Positions 33,789 to 38,009 of a stretch of 38,009 bases of DNA are shown here, piece after piece. Both the position numbers and the translations under genes were made by a program. The stretch comes from a virus (taxonomy: Duplodnaviria; Caudoviricetes). The notes under the pieces are model-generated. The model saw only the letters and a program-made list of their open reading frames with translations, was not told the DNA's origin and did not search any database. The stretch covers positions 1-38,009 of IMG/VR virus record IMGVR_UViG_3300021476_000011. One strand, written 5' to 3'. How positions within the stretch are numbered: position 1 is the stretch's first letter; every line of letters begins with the position of its first letter.

Positions 33789-34283
33789 CTATTTGGCTCC
33801 GCTGGCTGTCCCGGAGGCGGTCACCACGACAGGCACGATGGCCGCAATAGTCTGCGCGAGGGCCGTGGCCAAAGCGCTGGCGATGACCGGAGTGAGCGCG
33901 GTAAACAGATTGGCCACGTTGGCGGTGATAGCCTCTGCAGATACTGCCTCTCCCGCCGCCGCGGTACCGATCGCGCCTTTGACCGCTTCGCTCGCGGCCG
34001 TGCCGGCGGGCGAAACGATCTGCTGTCCCTCCGTGCTGCCGGTCTGCCCCGCCAGCGCGATATTGGCGTTGATCGCATGCGCCACAACCGCGGCATTGCG
34101 CGCCTGGAATAGTGAAAGGTCTTCCCACGCTCTCTGCCGGGAGCGAGTCTCGCGCCGGTCGTCCAGCTCCTCGTCGAACAGGAGCTTGATGTTTTCGGGG
34201 CCGCCAATCAACGTGTGTGGCGGAATCTGAGTCTGAGTCACGTTCGAAGGGCAGACAGTGCCTGCCATTGTGGTGTCTGACAT
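33789..34283 (-). CDS. Ala/Thr-rich hypothetical protein with hydrophobic C-terminal helices (164 aa)
   Basis: AAGGA RBS; amphipathic/hydrophobic C-half. Confidence 0.75.
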   Translation of the reverse strand: MSDTTMAGTVCPSNVTQTQIPPHTLIGGPENIKLLFDEELDDRRETRSRQRAWEDLSLFQARNAAVVAHAINANIALAGQTGSTEGQQIVSPAGTAASEAVKGAIGTAAAGEAVSAEAITANVANLFTALTPVIASALATALAQTIAAIVPVVVTASGTASGAK

Positions 34284-34301
34284 TAGTTGTTTCCTTTTCT
34301 G

Positions 34302-34871
34302 TTAGTTTTTGAGCTTCCCCGCAAGGCTCCATGCGCCGCTCTTGGGACACTCGGGACACACTTCGTATCCGCCCTGCCCGTCCGAAATCAATTGCCAGCC
34401 TGCCTGGCGCGCCTGGCCCCAGCAGTCGGTCTTCGTGAGCCCGCTGAAAGTTTCCTCGCGCGTGCACTTGCGGCAGCTCAGGATGAGGTGCTTTCGCGCG
34501 CGCGCAGCATCGGTCGCTGCCTGTGCGATCTCGATGTCGCGCTTCTGCTGATCGCCAGCTTGCGGCGGCGTGTACGGATGCAACTGGCCATCCGCGTCCA
34601 CCATCGGAAGCTGCCGGCGCTCGGCCTCCTGGGCGGCTTCGGAGATGTACACGTCGAGCGGCTTGGCTTCGAACCGCAGGTGCGGCCGGAGTGACTCGTA
34701 CATGGCCCACCGGTATTCCGGGTAGCAGCGTGCGAGCAGCGCCCGGAAGTGCTCGTGATCGCGGACCAGAAACCCGAGCTGCTGCACCATGCCCTGCGGA
34801 TTGTCGAGCGTGGCCAGGCCGGAGCGGCCCAGCAGATCGCACATCTGCTGCCGCTCTCGCTTACTCGCCAT
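34302..34871 (-). CDS. Hypothetical protein with C-terminal zinc ribbon (189 aa)
   Basis: CRKC...GW...CPECP; ATG 34871 overlaps previous gene. Confidence 0.75.
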   Translation of the reverse strand: MASKRERQQMCDLLGRSGLATLDNPQGMVQQLGFLVRDHEHFRALLARCYPEYRWAMYESLRPHLRFEAKPLDVYISEAAQEAERRQLPMVDADGQLHPYTPPQAGDQQKRDIEIAQAATDAARARKHLILSCRKCTREETFSGLTKTDCWGQARQAGWQLISDGQGGYEVCPECPKSGAWSLAGKLKN

Positions 34872-35130
34872 CTTCCGTTTCGGGCTCTTCCATGCCGGCC
34901 TGCTTGATTCCCGGGAGCGGCAGGCTGAGATGCTTGGCCACGTGCTGCAGGACCTTCGCCCCATCGCCGGGACCGAACACGTGCTCCTCCGACGGCGGGC
35001 GTTCGGGATAGATGCCGCCGGACATGGAGCCCTCGCGTTTGACCGGCTGGCGCTTGAATTCGTGCCGGATCGTGTGGCCGCCATTTTCCGCCGGCCGGAT
35101 TTCCATTGAGTCGAGTCGTTTGGCTGCCAT
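34861..35130 (-). CDS. Hypothetical phage protein (89 aa)
   Basis: GGGGAG RBS; MEIRPAENGGHTIRH...EEHVF...HVAKHL. Confidence 0.75.
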   Translation of the reverse strand: MAAKRLDSMEIRPAENGGHTIRHEFKRQPVKREGSMSGGIYPERPPSEEHVFGPGDGAKVLQHVAKHLSLPLPGIKQAGMEEPETEDGE

Positions 35131-35131
35131 G

Positions 35132-35335
35132 TCACTCCCCTAAAATGCGGTTGGCCTTGGCGCGGATCCGCGCCGCCGCGGCCGGCGACAGCTTGCCCTT
35201 CTTCACCATTTCAGTGGCGCGGCCTTTGGCCTTCGCGGCGTGACTCCGGTCCGGCATCGGGTACTTGCGCTGCCGAGGCAAGCCGAAAGTCGAGGACTTC
35301 AGCTTGTTACGGCGCGCGGCTGTCAAGACTGCCAT
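35132..35335 (-). CDS. Small basic phage protein (67 aa), DUF6582-like motif
   Basis: GAGGA RBS; FGLPRQRKYPMPDRSHA. Confidence 0.75.
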   Translation of the reverse strand: MAVLTAARRNKLKSSTFGLPRQRKYPMPDRSHAAKAKGRATEMVKKGKLSPAAAARIRAKANRILGE

Positions 35336-35504
35336 TGTGTTTCCTCACCGCGCGATATTCGCGCGAAAAATCGATGTAGCGCCGGAAGTCTTCCGGCGCC
35401 AGCGCGTAGGACATGGCCAGCAGGTCAATCGCGCCGGTCCACGTCAGAAACCGGCTCTCGATGGCCCGCAGGGCCGCTCCTAGCCGATAAGTCCGCTCAC
35501 ACAT
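35307..35504 (-). CDS. Hypothetical protein (65 aa)
   Basis: Abuts the upstream stop and fills the operon. Confidence 0.55.
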   Translation of the reverse strand: MCERTYRLGAALRAIESRFLTWTGAIDLLAMSYALAPEDFRRYIDFSREYRAVRKHNGSLDSRAP

Positions 35505-35792
35505 CTAGTGCGCCGGAGGCGTCTGCACACTCTGGATGTACGCCTGCAAAGCGGCGATCAGCGCATTGGCGGCCGCCACCAGAGCGGTCTGGTCCTGGCT
35601 CACCTGGTTCTGGCCGGCGGTCAGGGCGGTTTGCGCATTCGTCAAGGTGGTCTGCGCGGCATTCACCGCGGTCTGCAGATTGGGCAGAGCCGCGGAATCG
35701 TTGGCTTGCTGCAACTCGGCAGCCTGGAATTGCTGGTACGCCTGGTCGGGCGTCAGGGTCGGGGGGGGAGGAGGTGTTGTGCTTGTGCTCAT
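35505..35792 (-). CDS. Gln/Ala/Thr-rich coiled-coil protein (95 aa)
   Basis: GGAG before ATG 35792; long heptad helix. Confidence 0.75.
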   Translation of the reverse strand: MSTSTTPPPPPTLTPDQAYQQFQAAELQQANDSAALPNLQTAVNAAQTTLTNAQTALTAGQNQVSQDQTALVAAANALIAALQAYIQSVQTPPAH

Positions 35793-35800
35793 AAATCGTG

Positions 35801-37060
35801 TCAGCTCCAGGGGCTCACATGCGCCAGCTCTCTTCGCGGCGCCGGCGGCGGCTCGCGCCGCGGCTGCTTGATGCCCACCGCCAAATAGCGGAAGGCGTCC
35901 GCGCCGTGGCTCGCGTCGTCGTGCAGCGGCTCCCGCGTCGGATGGTTCAACGTCTGGATTACACCGTACCGGTAGAGGCGCAGCGCGCGGATGCCCACGG
36001 CGCAGCGCTCGGCGTCGAACCAGCACTGCGGCAGGATCGACCGCGCCGCGTTGATCCCGTCCGCGACCGAAAGCTTGGGAGTGATGCGCACCTTGCGGCC
36101 GGCCAGGCGCATCAGCTCCTCGATCGACTTGCCGGAGCCCATTTGCGCTGCGTGCAGACCGAGATCCCACGGCAGCCAGTCGGCGCCGTACACGTACCCG
36201 CGCGCCTGCATTTCCGCGAGGTACCAGTGGATCGTCTTGCCCGAGGCCTCGATGTAGTCGATCAGGCGATACTCGAACGGGAAGGCCTGCGCGAACCACA
36301 CCGCGGTCTTGTCGCCATAGCCCAGATCCCAGAAGCAGTCCACCGGGCGCGTTCTATCGTACGATACACGCGTGATTCTGCCCTCGGCGTCGATCGCGCG
36401 CAGCTCCGCGGCGTAGATCGCGCCGGCCAGCATCGAGACCGGGCAGCCCTCATAAATATGGTTGTAGCCGTCCGGGTCGCGCTTCTCGAGTTCCTGCATT
36501 TCCTGGCGCAGCACGCCCGGAAACCACGGATTGTCCCGAAAATTCAGTTTGACCACCGCAGCCGATGCCGGCGGATCGAGCACGAACCGCTTGTAGGTGT
36601 CGTCGGTTTCCAGCTCCGGGTTGAACGACACCCAGATTTCGGACCCATCCTTGCGAATGGTCGGAATCAGCTTGTCCCACGAGGCCTTACTGACGGTCTG
36701 CGCTTCCTCTACCCACACCATGTCGTACGCTTCGAGCGATTTGATCGCATCGATGTTGTGCGCCAGGCCCGCGAACGTGAATTCAGTGCCGTTCGCGCCG
36801 ATGATGCACGCCTTCTCGACGGTGTATACCGATTGCAACTCCAGCGCCTGAATCTGATCGTCCAGCAGCTTGTGTACGCTGTCGGCGATCGACTTCTGCG
36901 TCTCGCGCGCGCACAGAATGCGCAGCGGCCGCCCGGCTCCCTGAATCAGCAGCGCACGCGCGAATCCCCAGCTCTTGGCGCCGCCGCGGCCGCCATAAGC
37001 CACCTTGTAGCGGTGCGGCTCGAAGAGAAAAGCGAGCTTATCCGGGAAGCTGGCTTCCAT
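35801..37060 (-). CDS. terL: Terminase large subunit, PBSX-like (419 aa)
   Basis: YKVAYGGRGGAKS (Walker A), CARETQKSI, WVEEAQ (Walker B), SFNP, nuclease WDLG..D and HGADAFRY. Confidence 0.96.
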   Translation of the reverse strand: MEASFPDKLAFLFEPHRYKVAYGGRGGAKSWGFARALLIQGAGRPLRILCARETQKSIADSVHKLLDDQIQALELQSVYTVEKACIIGANGTEFTFAGLAHNIDAIKSLEAYDMVWVEEAQTVSKASWDKLIPTIRKDGSEIWVSFNPELETDDTYKRFVLDPPASAAVVKLNFRDNPWFPGVLRQEMQELEKRDPDGYNHIYEGCPVSMLAGAIYAAELRAIDAEGRITRVSYDRTRPVDCFWDLGYGDKTAVWFAQAFPFEYRLIDYIEASGKTIHWYLAEMQARGYVYGADWLPWDLGLHAAQMGSGKSIEELMRLAGRKVRITPKLSVADGINAARSILPQCWFDAERCAVGIRALRLYRYGVIQTLNHPTREPLHDDASHGADAFRYLAVGIKQPRREPPPAPRRELAHVSPWS

Positions 37061-37511
37061 CCGGCTTTACGAACCTGACCGTGACTGCGATCGGCTCGCC
37101 GCCGGGCCCGGAGTGCTCCAGCACTTGGCGGCCGTACTTCCCCGGCATCTCCGCTTCCAGCCGCGCAATCAGCAGCCGGTCGGAGAATTTGCGCTTCGTC
37201 CCCACTCGTTGGCCACCCTGGTAAACCGGCTCGTCCCAGCCCTCGACCGCGCGCCTGGTGGCTTCGTCCTCCAGCCGCTGGCAGCCATCGTTCCAGGCCT
37301 GGTCGAATGCCAGCTTGTAGCTCGGGTCGCGCTCCAGCCTGCGGTAGTGCGCGAACGGGCTTACTCTGGCGGCTTGTGCGGCGCGCCGCACATGGGGCAG
37401 CTCCCGTATCGCCGCAAGAAACGCGCGCGTTTTCGGCGCGCCTCGTTTTCCGGCTGGACGCGGCTCAAGAAATCCTGGATCTTCGCCTGCAGATCGGCTA
37501 TCCCTTGCCAC
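37038..37511 (-). CDS. terS: Terminase small subunit (start uncertain)
   Basis: FLAAI..VRRAAQAARVS HTH; LEDEATRRAVEG...FSDRLLI..L...PGKY; EHSGPGGEPI; directly upstream of terL. Confidence 0.78.
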   Translation of the reverse strand: MARDSRSAGEDPGFLEPRPAGKRGAPKTRAFLAAIRELPHVRRAAQAARVSPFAHYRRLERDPSYKLAFDQAWNDGCQRLEDEATRRAVEGWDEPVYQGGQRVGTKRKFSDRLLIARLEAEMPGKYGRQVLEHSGPGGEPIAVTVRFVKPDGSQLPG

Positions 37512-37614
37512 AGCTTCTCGCGGTCAATCTGCCCGGCCTCTTTCGCCGTGCCCTTCTTCCAGTTCCGGATGTAGAGCCAGGGCAGCGTCTCTTTCAGCGT
37601 CAGCAGGAAGCACT

Positions 37615-37815
37615 CTACTTCGTCATCAAACGAAGCACCTGCACCGCCAGGCCGATCAGTGCCGCTGCCAGGGTCGCCATGATCCACATTCGTAGCCGGT
37701 CGAATTCCCGCTGCAGGTAGTGGTGGTCGAGGTGTTGCTGCTGCTGCGTTTCTTTGAGCGCCTGGATTTCCGCAGCATGGCTCGCCAGGTTGGCTTCGAT
37801 TTGGGACGGTGACAT
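37615..37815 (-). CDS. Small coiled-coil plus C-terminal TM protein (66 aa; holin/XhlA-like topology)
   Basis: EIQALKE coil then WIMATLAAALIGLAVQVL. Confidence 0.7.
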   Translation of the reverse strand: MSPSQIEANLASHAAEIQALKETQQQQHLDHHYLQREFDRLRMWIMATLAAALIGLAVQVLRLMTK

Positions 37816-38009
37816 CTGGTTTCGAGAGCAGAGTGCGGCCTGCCACGCGGAAGTGTCGGGGCCGCGTGAGGAGTAACAGGCCGCTTGGGAAGACTCCGCT
37901 TTTCCCCCCGCGGGGGGGAAACCTTTTATCCCGCGCCCGTCCCTAGGGTGTCCGTGACAGCCAACTGGAACAGGTCCTGCGTTTCATCGCTCAGATGGCG
38001 CAGCGTCCA
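37791..38009 (+). repeat. Terminal direct repeat, right copy
   Basis: Matches 1-218 plus one G. Confidence 0.97.

Larger units (their letters stand above)
1..38009. mobile_element. Complete (circularly closed) P22-like/podovirus-type phage genome
   Basis: Terminal overlap 1-218 = 37791-38009; terL, portal, scaffold, P22-type coat, gp4- and gp10-like and ejection genes in canonical order; no host housekeeping genes seen. Confidence 0.92.

Noticed and set aside
12587-37078. Long plus-strand ORFs opposite the structural genes (e.g. 12587-14008, 15689-17401, 22148-23962, 35798-37078)
   Set aside because: Antisense shadows expected in high-GC coding DNA; Arg-rich and motif-free
37791-38009. Biological direct terminal repeat
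   Set aside because: It cuts through genes and differs by a homopolymer indel; better explained as assembly overlap of a circular or permuted genome

Overview
The window is most likely a complete, circularly closed genome (about 37,790 bp unique) of a GC-rich tailed phage. Bases 1-218 recur at 37791-38009 with one extra G in a homopolymer. The minus strand from about 37.8 to 11.8 kb is a P22/podovirus-like late operon: terS, terL, several small genes, portal, scaffold, P22-type coat protein, three signal-peptide-bearing beta-rich proteins, three tandem gp4-like adaptor paralogs, a gp10-like tail hub, Ig-domain tail proteins, three ejection-type proteins and small membrane proteins. The last ejection-type protein carries a ParB-like domain and a zeta-toxin-like P-loop kinase. 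The 1-11.8 kb region holds a Cre-like tyrosine recombinase, a probable replication initiator with internal iterons, an HNH-like gene, Cys-rich microproteins, two tandem divergent promoter modules, a repeat-rich rearrangement hotspot and a serine resolvase/invertase. I recognised no endolysin, CI-type repressor, ParA, tRNA or CRISPR array. An Acidobacteriota-like host is a guess from protein style only. The best leads are the injected ParB/zeta protein with an unannotated overlapping 54-aa candidate antitoxin in a genome with no visible endolysin, the exported proteins inside the head module, the triple adaptor and the duplicated switch. All family assignments are by eye; no searches were run.
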